Assembly (NCBI RefSeq): GCF_001194135.2
Contig: NC_068998.1
Span: 18,666,266 to 18,730,265 of the forward strand
Reading direction: 5' to 3'
DNA length: 64,000 bases
DNA from: Octopus bimaculoides
Taxonomy: Eukaryota
Part shown: positions 12,271-24,917 of the stretch, one piece after another
How the letters are laid out: the number at the start of each line of letters is the position of its first letter
Numbering within the stretch: position 1 is the stretch's first letter
Notes under the pieces: generated by a model
Database searches by the model: none
The model's input: the letters and a program-made list of their open reading frames with translations, nothing else
What the model was told of the DNA's origin: nothing
Translations under genes and position numbers: made by a program

Positions 12271-13576
12271 GTCACCAATGACATGCTAGAAACAACAGCT
12301 AAAGGACACGATTTCTGAAAAATACTTTCTTTTAAGTTTATATCAGAGATCAGGTTTTTAAATACGCTCATTACAAACATGAATTACAAAATAAAAATAG
12401 TCATTTCAGTTGAAGTTGAACTGTAATTTTGCGTGTGCACACAACAATAAATAACATAATTCATATTGAAGTTTTACCTAATGTGTGTGTGTGTGTGTGC
12501 GCGCACACAAAAGAAGTTATTTTTACATACTTTTCTTAATTCCAAAAGAAGAAAAACTTCAGCAATATTTTCAAAATTGGACTTCAGCCATAATTGTTAA
12601 ACCCCCAAGAACTGTGTGCGTGTATTTGTAGGGGTGATCGTACAAGAGAAACATTTATGAAAATGTACACACATTGTATTGAAATAAGTTATCTTTACAG
12701 ACCATATCTGCAACTATCTATATAATTGATAGCAAAGTATATATAAAATGAAATTAAATTCATGTTTAGTCCAGTTTAAACATAATATCATGGCTTTCTT
12801 ACAAGTTTGAATATGCCTCGAGCATATTTGTGCTTGTAATCATCATCATCATCACCATTTAGCATCTGCTTTCGATGCTGGCATGACCAGAACTGGTAAA
12901 CTGGGTTCCACTCTGATTTTGGCTTGGTTTCTACAGCTAGAAGCCCTTCCATATGCTAACCACTCCTAGAGTGTAGTTGGGTGCCTTCTACATGTCACCG
13001 GCACGGGTTTGCACTGGTATACAACCAGTTTACATGCTAAAGGGTTACATTTATTTCACTACTTTGGATTCATGCTGTATTGTGCATATATATATATATA
13101 TATATATATTTACTTAAAGTATAGATATGCAAATTAAGCTATCTACCACAGCTTAATTGTAAACTGCCTTATATAGCACCTGAACACTGTGCTATCCATT
13201 TGCTATGTTGTATGATCTATTCCTAGACTTACACTGAGTCTTTGCTAAATAGTTGAAGTAGTTAAGTTTAAGACTTGATACTAATTAACTATCAGAATTT
13301 TTACTAAAAGATGCTACAATTAGGTGTGTAATAAATTAAGAAATTATTACTCTAAAGAAAGTTTATGGTGCTAATAACTTGCATACAAGTGAAAAACGTC
13401 ACTCACTTCAGCCACATAACCACACATGTCCTTTTCTTGGGCTATTCTTTTTCCCCCTCTCTAGACCATTCTGCTCTCATCTTTCTGACGAATGAAACGT
13501 TACACCCTGGTCACAAAAGTGAAATAGAAACTTTTGTTTTTATCTCTTACTGTATATTTGTATGGAATTTTTTGTG

Positions 13577-13705
13577 AATCTCTGAAGAGGCCTAGCGAAT
13601 CATGCATGTACCCCCATTTCAGCATTTCATCCGCTAATTACTCCGGCAGGAACTATTTGGATAGAATGGGGCATGTCAAAGCTAGGCCGAAACAGCTGTA
13701 AGATT
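13577..13705 (+). ncRNA. Type I hammerhead ribozyme with an extended stem II
   Basis: Stem I AATCT/AGATT; CTGAAGA core 13582-13588; stem II GGCCTAGC/GCTAGGCC; GAAA 13689-13692; palindromic stem III ACAGCTGT; GUA cleavage triplet 13698-13700. Confidence 0.8.
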
Positions 13706-14051
13706 AAGTTTGTTTATCCTCAGATTCCTTATGTACTTTTATTTGTAAACCCGGTTGTCAATATAACATGGTTTGTTATAAACACTTGTACTTTGTGGTT
13801 TTTTGTCACTTTAGTTACAAATTAAGTTAATGAATTTAACAGGATACACTGTCTGCAAGTTGTTGGGTTCAGCATATTATCCTCCATTTTCTAACTGATA
13901 TATAAATTTAGGGTAAAACAACCTTTTACCCGATCCGACTTGTTACACTTGGTATAACACTAGTGTAACAATAATTGGGTACCCTCCCAGCAGTATATTG
14001 GATAGATACTATCCCTTAGTGGGTTGAATCCTCAATCCCTAACTCTCTTGC

Positions 14052-14089
<38 letters not shown>

Positions 14090-14458
14090 CATATACAGTG
14101 GACTCTGCTGTTGTAGATACTAGTTAAGCATTCCACAATTTCTTGCTGAACAACCTGTGCAGATGATTTCTTTATAGTGCTCAGATTCTTGTGTGCTGCA
14201 CTATTTTAACTCCAGGAAATCACCATTGCCTGTACAAGTGCACAGTGTGCCACATTTCAGATATTGAAGTGTTTGCAGCACAATAACAAAATGCAGCGTT
14301 TTGCTCAAGAACACAATGTACCATCTAGTCTTGAAATTGAAACCACAATCTTGCAATTGTGAGTGCAACATTCTTTTATATATATCCATTAATTTTGCCT
14401 ATACAGTTTTAGCTTGCACCCAGTAACATTAATATTTCTCATGAGTATTAATGTTCTT

Positions 14459-14504
<46 letters not shown>

Positions 14505-14514
14505 NNNNNNNNNN

Positions 14515-14558
<44 letters not shown>

Positions 14559-14560
<2 letters not shown>

Positions 14561-14870
14561 ACCCCTTTTGGTCATGAATGACCATGGGATTGCACCTTCA
14601 AAGTTACCCTCTGAGGCACAAGTCTAGGATAGGTTGTCTATGGAAGACCAGCAGCCGTCCATGCATACCAACCTCCCCTCTCCATGCCACTGATGTTATC
14701 CAAGGGAAAAGCAAAAGCTGATACAACTTGGCACCAGCGATGTTCCAACACATTTCTACAGCTGAGTGAACTGGAGATATGTAAAAAATAAAGTATCTTG
14801 CTCAAGAACACAGCTCAGTCCAGGAATCAAACTTATTACCTCATGATTGTGAACATGACACTCTAACCGT
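14559..14870 (-). mobile_element. tRNA/CORE SINE, family D (second copy 41261-41877, interrupted by an RTE-tail insert at about 41305-41600)
   Basis: Shared body GGAAGACCAGCAG...CAAGGGAAAGGCAAA...CTTGCTCAAGAACACA; tRNA-like head on the minus strand. Confidence 0.75.
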
Positions 14871-15083
14871 TGAACCTCTTACTCTTTACTCTTTTACTTG
14901 TTTCAGTCATTTGACTGCGGCCATGCTGGGGCACTGCCTTTAGTCGAGCAAATCGACCCCAGGACTTATTCTTTGTAAGCCTAGTACTTATTCTATCGGT
15001 CTCTTTTTGCCGAACCGCTAAGTTACGGGGACGTAAATACACCAGCATCGGTTGTCAAGTGATGCTGGGGGGGGGGGAGACAA

Positions 15084-15114
<31 letters not shown>

Positions 15115-15294
15115 TATATACGACAGGCTTCTTTCAGTTTCCGTCTACCAAATCCACTCACAGGGCTTTGGAGGGCCCAAGGCTATAGTAGAAGACACTT
15201 GCCCAAGGTGCCACGCAGTGGGACTGAACCCAGAACCATGTGGTTGGTAAGCAATTACTTACCACACAGCCACTCCTACGCCTACATACATACA

Positions 15295-15327
<33 letters not shown>

Positions 15328-16095
15328 TATATATATGTATATAATCATCATTGCGTGTGTGTGCATGCGCATGTGCTTCATATCTACTAGGCTGTGAATT
15401 GAGAAAGATTTGTCCAATATTTCTAGTAGACAAAGCAGCCACTTATTAGCTTCTGCAGTGACACATTTGTTGTTATTCAGTTCTAGGTCAACCCTGATCA
15501 AATAAAATTATGATTTAGGGTATTGCAACCATGATCATCTTAGCCCACCCTGTTTAGAGCTTGTAGGACTATGTTGTCTGAAGCATCCTGTCCTTATATC
15601 ATTTGAGATGGTGGAGTATGATTTAAGAGAGATTTACTATTGTTTCCAGCAGGTGGAACACTCACATAGCAGCTCCCTGTGTTTGTTTTGTGGTGGTGTA
15701 GTAGTAACATAGTAAAGTCAGTCAGCAGTCATTAGAATGTCACCTTCAGGACACCTTTTGTCTTTCATTCTTTCAGAACTGATAAATAAAATGTCTATCC
15801 AGCTGTAGTGCAGCCTTCTTACTTTCCAGCTGTCACATCTTCGAGGTTCAACTGAGATGTCTGTATTTGTTTACAAATATGTACTTAACTGCCTTTTGAT
15901 ACCAAACCTCCTGAAACTGTCCCTCAAGCATATGAAACGGACTTCTTGTTTTAAAGAGGTCTAAAACGTTCAATCAAAATTCTATGTTAATTTATGTTCC
16001 AGACACTAGCTTAATAATGGCAAAATATTTTACTAAATTCTTCATTTTTTTCAAAATTGATTGAAATAAGAGCCTTTATGATTCAACAGAAATAT

Positions 16096-16736
16096 ACTCT
16101 TTTACTCTTTTACTTGTTTCAGTCATTTGACTGTGGCCATGCTGGAGCAGCGGCTTTTAGTCGAGCAAATCGACCCCAGAATTTATTCTTTGGATGCCTA
16201 GTACTTATTCTATCAGTCTCTTTTGCCAAACCGCTAAGTTACAGGGACATAAACACACCAGCATCGGTTGTCAAGTGATGTTGGGGGGGACAGACACACA
16301 AACATATACACACGCTGCCCAACTCTTCGAAACGCCGGTGTTAAAATGGGGGTAGCTGATGAAGGAAAATGTTCTCTATGTGGCTTGTGTGTTTTCTGTA
16401 CTCTGGTTATTATTATTTTCTTGTCTACGTTTTGTTTGCAATGTCCTGTACCCAGATATGCACCTATATATACAGGTAGACGTAGGTATGCACATACCTG
16501 TACGTATATATGCATATACTCATTTATTATTTGTGTTATATATATATATATATATATAAATATATACATATATACTATGGGCTTCTTTCAGTTTCCGTCT
16601 ACCAAATCCACTCACAAGGCTTTGGTCGGCCCGAGGCTATAGTAGAAGACACCTGCCCAAGTTGCCACACAGTGGGACTGAACCCAGAACCATGTGGCTG
16701 GTAAGCAAGCTACTTACCACACAGCCACTCCTGCAC
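16096..16736 (-). mobile_element. Family B SINE with a 23-bp TSD and a foreign insert in its microsatellite
   Basis: CCTTTATGATTCAACAGAAATAT at 16073-16095 and 16736-16758; insert at about 16313-16500. Confidence 0.85.
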
Positions 16737-17168
16737 CTTTATGATTCAACAGAAATATGGTAACAAAAGATCTAATCAGTTAGAAAAAAGTACTTACTAA
16801 CAGGTCATACTTGATTGTAAATGACAGCCATAATGTTAGTATCGTAGTTGGGGGTAGGTAGTCTTGGCAGCTAACACAGACACAATGTATTATGTTAGTG
16901 GTAATCTATAAAATGCAGTTGATTCAGAAAGAGCAAGACAATTAATTTGTTTTTTAAATGACAAATTTATGTATGTGTAAATCTTTTGCCACTGTATAAT
17001 AATCTAGGAAGAGCAGTGAGCTGGTAGAATTGTTAACATGTCAGGCAAAATGCTTAGTGTTTCTTCAGCTCTTTTGAGTTCAAATTCTGCAAAGGTCAAC
17101 TTTGCCTTTCATCCCTTCAGGTCAATAAAATAGAGTACCAGTCAAGTATTGGGTCAACATAATTGACT

Positions 17169-17616
17169 TGTAGTGGCGCAAAATTATAGCCGCCAATGAG
17201 GAAGTACTATTCTGTGCATGCGCAGGGGACTTCACCACCGGAAGCCCCTCGAGTTGCGCATGCATAGTAAAACTCGTACTTAAAGAGAGTTTCACTTTGT
17301 TAAGCGAGTTGAGCCTGAGACCTTTGACGTGACAACACCTCGCTCCTCCACGAAGCGCTCTTCACCACGATGCCTTCGATGGTGATAACTACTTGCTTCT
17401 CTGGCAGGCATCAAGGAAGCCCTTAACCTTCCAATACCAACTACAATCTAATCAGCGGCTGCTAAGCTGAATGACAGGAATTGTGAAACCAAGCATCATC
17501 ATAAATAAAACCTTTTTATTATGTTGTTAATTGTTCTAATGTCTCTTCATATATAATGCTGTTGAAAGGTGATAGAGAGAGACTAAAGTCACTATGACAA
17601 CTATCAAACTTTTACA
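17169..17616 (+). mobile_element. Solo LTR (448 bp) inserted into a SINE in transferrin intron 1
   Basis: TGTA...TACA termini, internal AATAAA, aligns end to end with 62795-63246; no clear TSD in this copy. Confidence 0.75.
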
Positions 17617-18318
17617 CTGGTGTTGTCTCCTTTCCCAGTCAAAATCACTGGCCCTGCTCCTTACAATGGACTGTTATCCCATTCAAGGGAATGTTGTGAT
17701 TGCGATCACTTGTATGCTATGGAAAGTGGGTAAGCAACCTTATGAGTTGTGGGGGATCAAGGAAAAAGTTTGGGGTAGGGGGAATTGATGAAGGGTGTAA
17801 ACATCAATGAATGAGTTAAAAACAAGTGCTTTTCAGGTGAAGTCTTTTATTATATTTGTACTAGATCAAGCTATCTGCTTCTAATTAGCTCTCCTCATGA
17901 GAATTGGTGTGAACTAATAATTGACTCATTGGAAATATAATCAACAACAATACTCTTAGTTTGGCTTTGTGCTAAAAAGTTTGCTCCCTAACCACATGGT
18001 TCTGGGTTCAGTCCCACACCATGGAACTTTGGGCAAGTGTCTTCTATAGCTCCAGACTGACAAAAACCTTGTAAGTGGATTTGTAGACAGAAATTGCAAA
18101 AGCCCATCATGTGTATATGTATATATATCATTTGAAGAGTGTTGACTTCAAAATTGATCTGCTTCAAATGATTAGGAATATTAAAATCTTGAATAAACAA
18201 ACTCCTTCCGAAACAACCTTTCCAGAATTATATATATATATTTCATAATGTAACCTCGTGGGCATCAGTACCATTTTCCTCTTTCTCCGTTCTTCCATTC
18301 TCCGAACTTTCCATCTTT

Positions 18319-18345
18319 CCGACGAAGGGCTACGCCCGAAACGTC
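18319..18345 (+). ncRNA. Degenerate minimal hammerhead motif (Penelope-type terminal repeat relic)
   Basis: CCGACGA-A-GGGC-TAC-GCCC-GAAAC-GTC; U4 mutated to C and stem I eroded. Confidence 0.5.
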
Positions 18346-18720
18346 ATACACTCTCTTTCCTTTCCTGAGCGTCCAATAATACTATCCATATCACGTCCTC
18401 ACTTTGTTGTTTTTTGTTTTTTTGTTATTGTTTTTTTTTAACTATATATATATATATATATATGTGTGTGCCATAAATATCGCCATCCGTTTAGAGAAAA
18501 ATTTGTAGTTTAGAATCAGTAGTTCTTTGACTGCTATTTCTAAATTTTCAGTATGTTGGAGAAGCAACTCAATGCTAATCCCTGTATATTTATGATGATA
18601 AATGGTTTTACCGATAAAGGTTTTTTCATACTGNNNNNNNNNNNNNNNNNNNNNNNNNNNNNNNNNNNNNNNNNNNNNNNNNNNNNNNNNNNNNNNNNNN
18701 NNNNNNNNNNNNNNNNNNNN

Positions 18721-18758
<38 letters not shown>

Positions 18759-19671
18759 GTATATTTTTGGGTGTGTGGGTGTGTATCTATATGTGTATGT
18801 CCCCTAACCACTGCTTGACAACCAATATTGGTTTGTTTACATCCCCATAACTTAGAAGTTTGGCAAAAGAGACCAATAGAATAAATACCAAGCTTAAAAA
18901 TAAGTACTTGGATCGACTTGTTTGACCAAACCCTTCAGGGTTGTACTTCAGGATGGCTGCAGTCCAATGAATGAAACAAATTAAAAATTAAAATATATTG
19001 AATAAAATAAGAAAAATAAATGATATAAAAAGACAATGGTTATGTTATGAACTTCATTAGCTTACAGTTCTTTCAGCTATAAGATGCAGTAGACTCTTAG
19101 TTAAGTGCCTGAATAATATCCTATAGCTTCATTGGAGCCTCAAATATAAAGTGCAATTTATTTCGGAAAATAGAATTAGATTTTTGCAATATACAGAGAA
19201 GACATTACTAGTGAGACATAATACCTAATTGAAATATTAAACAAAATATCTTAATTCTTCATTTGATGAGTAAGAAAATTCAGAATATTTGCCATCATCG
19301 TCATCATCATTAACATCATTTAACGTCTGTTGTCCATGCTGGCATAGGTTGGATGGTTTGACCAGGGCTGGTAAGCTGATGGGCTGCACCAGACTCTAGT
19401 CTGATTTGACATGGTTTCTATGGCTAGATGCTCTTCCTAACACCAACCAGTCCGAGGGTGTAATGGGTGCTTTTACATGCCAATTATATGACACCAGTAT
19501 CTGCCACGACTATAATTTCACTTGGCCCGATGGGTCTTCTACATGGCATATTGCCAAAGGTCTTAGTCATTTGTTATTGCCTTTGTGAACCAATATTGCA
19601 GCTTGAGTAATACAAAGCTTGGATTTCGTGATTTACTTTTTAAGTTGTTTCTTCTCTTTTTATATTCACAG

Positions 19672-19754
19672 TTTCAATGTGTGAAATTGGAAACAATAAA
19701 GAATGTGATAACTTAAAAAATGATCTTACAGGTCACACCTTGAAATGTGTAGAG
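19672..19754 (+). CDS. MELTF: Melanotransferrin-like exon 2 (SMCEIGNNKECDNLKNDLTGHTLKCVE)
   Basis: Polypyrimidine tract plus CAG acceptor, GTAAGT donor, phases 1 to 0. Cys spacing matches the first two disulfides of a transferrin lobe. Confidence 0.85.
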
Positions 19755-19940
19755 GTAAGTTATTTCAATTTACTTGAATTCTTTTATATTTGTGGAAATT
19801 TTCTATTCAGCTGATTGTATTCTCTTAATTGTTAATAAATTTCATTCAACCTGATAATATAATACTTTATATCAGTGACCCATATAAGATTTTGTTGTTA
19901 AAATTTATGTATAATAAACTGGTTATACTTCTGTAGCATA

Positions 19941-20316
19941 GAGGCACAATGGCCCAGTGGTTAGGGCAGCGAACTCATGGTCATAGGATCGCGGTTTCGA
20001 TTCCCAGACCGGGCGTTGTGAGTGTTTATTGAGCGAAAACACCTTAAGCTCCATGAGGCTCCAGCAGGGGATGGTGGCGAACCCTGCTGTACTCTTTCAC
20101 CACAACTTTCTCTTACTTCCTGTTTCTGTTGTGCCTGTAATTCAAAGGGTTGGCCATGTCACGCTGAATATATCCCGAGAACTACGTTAAGGGTACACAT
20201 GTCTGTGGATTGCTCAGCCACTTGCACGTTAATTTCATGAGCAGGCTGTTCCGTTCCGTTGATCGGATCAACTGGACCCTCGACGTCGTAAGCGACGGAG
20301 TGCCAACAACAACAAC
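19941..20316 (+). mobile_element. tRNA-derived SINE, family A, full length
   Basis: A box TGGCCCAGTGG, B box GGTTTCGATTCC, (AAC)n tail. Confidence 0.9.
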
Positions 20317-21369
20317 TTCTGTAGCACACAAAATATTTAAACAATTTTATGCAATTCCTAATAATATTTAATCATAAAATTATGATAGGAATTTTTAGAC
20401 TTAAGACTATGGGGTCCCTACCTGGGATGAAATAGGAATCAAAGGGGTCCATAGGTAAAAAATGGTTGAGAACCCCTACTTTATAGTTAGTATTTCTAAC
20501 AACTTACTGATGCCATATATATTTTTTTATTTTTTACTTCTTCCAGTCAATGGACTGTGGCTACACTGGGGTCCCACAGCAGGGGTCTCCAACCACCAAG
20601 TTGTATTATATATATTGATTTCAAATTTTGGCTCAAGGTCAGTAATTTTGGGGAATGGGGTAAGTTGATTACATTGAACTCAGTACTCAACTGGTACTTA
20701 TTTTATCAGTCCAAAACTATGGAAGGCAAAGTTGACTGACCTCGATGGAATTTGAACTCAGGATGTAATGTATGATGGATGTAATGGCCACTTAAGTATT
20801 TTGCCTGGTGTACTAACGATTCTGCCAGCTCGCTACCTTAGTTGTATCATATATATATATACATATATATATGTGTATATATATATATGTATATAAGAAT
20901 GTAATAAAAATAGAAATAAAATGCATAAATTACATTCACGTTTATATGTAATAATTAAATTATACATCTATTATGCACTTTATTGTATTTTGTTATGCAT
21001 GTGATCTCCCAGTCCTCGGAAAAGCTCATCCATGAAACTGGTTTGTGGGCCAAAAAGGAGTGGGGCCACTGCTCCACAGGGTCACTTAACTTGCGACAAA
21101 TAGCAGCCAAATCTACCTCAAAACACACATTACTGTCATAAATAAAGATAGACTTATTAGATAATGTAGCTCTAACTGCATTGTGTGAACCCCCGCCTCC
21201 AAAAGAAAAGTACATGGTGTAGTCATTGCTTGATTACCTTTTGAATAATAAATATTTTAGTTGACCTTGTCAGAATAACTTGAGTTCTCTTATTCACTGC
21301 TGATTATTTTTTATTTATTTATTTATTTATTTATTTATGTTTGTATTTGTATCTGTTTTCATTTTCCAG

Positions 21370-21505
21370 GCAACAAATATCTACCGTTGCATGCAAATGG
21401 TAAAGGATGGTAAAGTTGATGTGTTAGGTGTTTCTGATACTGATCTCTACCCAGCTGGCAAATTTCTGAATCTGAAACCATTCCTGCAAGAAGTTTTGGA
21501 CAATG
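21370..21505 (+). CDS. MELTF: Melanotransferrin-like exon 3 (ATNIYRCMQMVKDGKVDVLGVSDTDLYPAGKFLNLKPFLQEVLDN)
   Basis: CAG/GTGAG junctions, 136 nt, phases 0 to 1. Matches the transferrin C..I..G.AD...D region. Confidence 0.9.
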
Positions 21506-21737
21506 GTGAGCGCTCTTTTCATTGTATTCTCTCAAAATCAATCACAAATGCCTTTCCTACTGTCAGTTTTTGTCATCCTGCTATTGTTATGGTCACATGT
21601 CATCACATTTTCATTGCGATGTTGTTACCATCATCATCATCACCATTGTTACTATTATTATCATCATTGTCATTGTCATCACAGTGCTGTGTGATTACCA
21701 TCGTTCATACATATTGATGCACTGCATGTCATATATA

Positions 21738-21775
<38 letters not shown>

Positions 21776-22395
21776 NNNNNNNNNNNNNNNNNNNNNNNNN
21801 NNNNNNNNNNNNNNNNNNNNNNNNNNNNNNNNNNNNNNNNNNNNNNNNNNNNNNNNNNNNNNNNNNNNNNNNNNNNNNNNNNNNNNNNNNNNNNNNNNNN
21901 NNNNNNNNNNNNNNNNNNNNNNNNNNNNNNNNNNNNNNNNNNNNNNNNNNNNNNNNNNNNNNNNNNNNNNNNNNNNNNNNNNNNNNNNNNNNNNNNNNNN
22001 NNNNNNNNNNNNNNNNNNNNNNNNNNNNNNNNNNNNNNNNNNNNNNNNNNNNNNNNNNNNNNNNNNNNNNNNNNNNNNNNNNNNNNNNNNNNNNNNNNNN
22101 NNNNNNNNNNNNNNNNNNNNNNNNNNNNNNNNNNNNNNNNNNNNNNNNNNNNNNNNNNNNNNNNNNNNNNNNNNNNNNNNNNNNNNNNNNNNNNNNNNNN
22201 NNNNNNNNNNNNNNNNNNNNNNNNNNNNNNNNNNNNNNNNNNNNNNNNNNNNNNNNNNNNNNNNNNNNNNNNNNNNNNNNNNNNNNNNNNNNNNNNNNNN
22301 NNNNNNNNNNNNNNNNNNNNNNNNNNNNNNNNNNNNNNNNNNNNNNNNNNNNNNNNNNNNNNNNNNNNNNNNNNNNNNNNNNNNNNNNNNNNNNN

Positions 22396-22446
<51 letters not shown>

Positions 22447-22905
22447 ATATATATATGATATAATATATATATTATGTATATATGTACGAATTAATCAGCT
22501 TAGCACAATATAAATCCATAAAGGAAAATTCAATTGTGACTGAAGTACTGAATAGCACCTATATTGCTAGAAGTAAGAGTTAAAACCCTTCAAGCTGCAT
22601 AAGCACACATTTATAGACACTGACAGGGGAGATAACCACCCTGTAAGCAAAGCTGGAAACTCTGAACACTGGTTTTATCTGTTAATATATTTATCAGCTC
22701 CTAGTCTAATCATGTTTATGTAATGTTAGCTCTGTATGTTATATGTATTGACTATTGTTCACGTTATCTACTGTTTTTCCCATTCTCGTCAATTGACATT
22801 TTTGCCCATCTTCAGTATCTTAGATATATTCTTTATTTGTTGCATTTTACTGTTTCCTTTCCCACTGCTGTACTTTTCATTTGTTTCATCTCACATTTTT
22901 TGCAG

Positions 22906-23160
22906 GCCAAACCTATCGTTATAAGGCTGTGTTTCTCATAAAGGAAGGTAGTAGCATTACAAACCTTGACTCACTGAAGGATAAAAAATCTTGCCATACT
23001 GGTGCTGGAAAAACTACTGGCTGGACTGTTCCTGTTTCCAACTTACAAAAGCTGAACAAAATAAAAATAAAAACATGCTATGATACAGTTGCTAATGTTG
23101 TTGACTTCTTCGCTGAGTCCTGTGTCCCTGGGGCATTGACACCAAAATTCAATCCTTTCT
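22906..23160 (+). CDS. MELTF: Melanotransferrin-like exon 4 (YKAVFLIK...SCHTGAGKTTGW...SCVPGA)
   Basis: Transferrin motifs SCHTG..GW and SCVPG; CAG/GTAAGT; 255 nt, phases 1 to 1. Confidence 0.95.
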
Positions 23161-23773
23161 GTAAGTAGTTGGTTTTACCAAAACATATACTTGTTTTTTT
23201 TTTTTTCTATGTTCTGAGTAAAAAGGAAAACCAGTTTAATGATACCCAGATAACACACTCTGTAATATTAGTTTCAAATTTTGGCATATATACATATATA
23301 TATGTGTATATATAAAATTTATTAATGAGGGTAGAAATTGATATTAATCAATTAAAACCAGTGGTCTAGCATATTAAAAAAATCCGAAGATTAAAATTAC
23401 ATTACATACAAAAATAAGAGGAGTGAGTGGACTCCTATATGCTACAAATAGATGCCGAATCATCTAACCACGAAAAAAGAATATATGTTCTCAGTAAAAA
23501 TTTAGTGACACAACAGACTGTAAAAGGGCAAGACAAATGAAAAATACTAAATAAAAAAAACGATTAACCTACGTACCATGGTTTCACCTGTTAAAATATA
23601 CATAAGTAAATATCTGCAGCATTGTCAGCGTAGTCTGTCGATTTGAAATATAATTTCCAGAACTAGACACAAGNNNNNNNNNNNNNNNNNNNNNNNNNNN
23701 NNNNNNNNNNNNNNNNNNNNNNNNNNNNNNNNNNNNNNNNNNNNNNNNNNNNNNNNNNNNNNNNNNNNNNNNN

Positions 23774-24000
23774 ATATATATATATATATATATACATTTA
23801 TGTATATGTGTATACATATATATATATGTATGTATCTATGTATATATATATATACATGTGTATATATATGTGTGTGCGTGTGTATATATGTGTGTGTGTG
23901 CATATATATATATGTAAGCATATGTGTGTGTATACATATATATGTGTAGATATGTGTGTGTGTGTATATATATATATGTATGTGTGTGTGTGCATATATG

Positions 24001-24072
<72 letters not shown>

Positions 24073-24080
24073 CACACACA
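23774..24080. repeat. Compound (TA)n/(TG)n/(CA)n microsatellite
   Basis: Seen directly; it produces the Y/I/C/V/T/H junk ORFs. Confidence 0.95.
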
Positions 24081-24267
24081 TAGTTTAGATTATCTTTTGA
24101 TATATCATAACTAAATAGTTCCAAATTCTAGCATTCAGGTTTGTGTTTCCAATCATGCAGCCTTAATCTAAGTTTGCTTTTCCTTTGAGATATTTACTGT
24201 TTGAATATATTTTGAAAACACACACATATACTATAAACATGTCTGTATTTTTTTTGTTCTCTTAAAG

Positions 24268-24651
24268 TTACCAACCGCCTTGCTGTTTGCAAACTTTGTC
24301 CAGACTGTTCATCGAATAGCACGTATGCTGGATATGAAGGTGCTTTAAAATGCCTTCAGCACAATAACGGGGATATTGCATTTGTTAGCCACAAGCAACT
24401 GGGAAAATCAGGTTCATTATCTCTGCTCTGTCCTGACGGGCAAGTGAAAAATCAATCTGACTATGAAAAGTGCAATTGGGCAACTAGACCATCAGATGTC
24501 TTTGTTACCTCTCCTGAAATAGAAAATGGTAAATTGACAGACATTACTAAAGCACTTAAAGAAAATGCAGACAAAATTAAGAAACACCTTCATACTTTCA
24601 GTGATAGCAAGAATTTCAAAGAAACAAATGAAGATTATAAAACAATAATGG
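24268..24651 (+). CDS. MELTF: Melanotransferrin-like exon 5 (YAGYEGALKCL...GDIAFV...LLCPDG...CNWATRPSD)
   Basis: Transferrin motifs YxGYxGAxxCL, GDVAFV, LLCxDG; AAG/GTAAGT; 384 nt open frame. Confidence 0.93.
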
Positions 24652-24917
24652 GTAAGTAAGCAGTACTTTGTTATTATACTTGTGTGTGTGTGTGTGTTCA
24701 AGTTGACAGTAGCATGGTAGATAAAGCAATCAAGGATATGAAGAGATGGAAAGCTGCAGGTTTGTCAGGGTTAGTTGCAGAGATGCCACAAATATCTGGT
24801 GAGATAGGACACCTGATGTAGAAGTATCATTGTAAACTGCAACAAAGGCAGAGAAGATATGTTAGAGTTAAACAACTTGTTTAGTGAAGAACACATGAAT
24901 ACATTGGATTGTGTATG

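Noticed and set aside
18552-18619. Exon-like segment MLEKQLNANPCIFMMINGFTDK with a CAG acceptor and a phase-1 end, as first coding exon of the transferrin
   Set aside because: Poor signal peptide and weak donor (GTTTTT); exon 5753-5825 fits far better. If included after exon 1 it would introduce a stop, so at most a poison or minor exon.
19941-20010. tRNA genes at SINE heads
   Set aside because: A/B boxes run straight into SINE bodies found in several copies; no complete cloverleaf.
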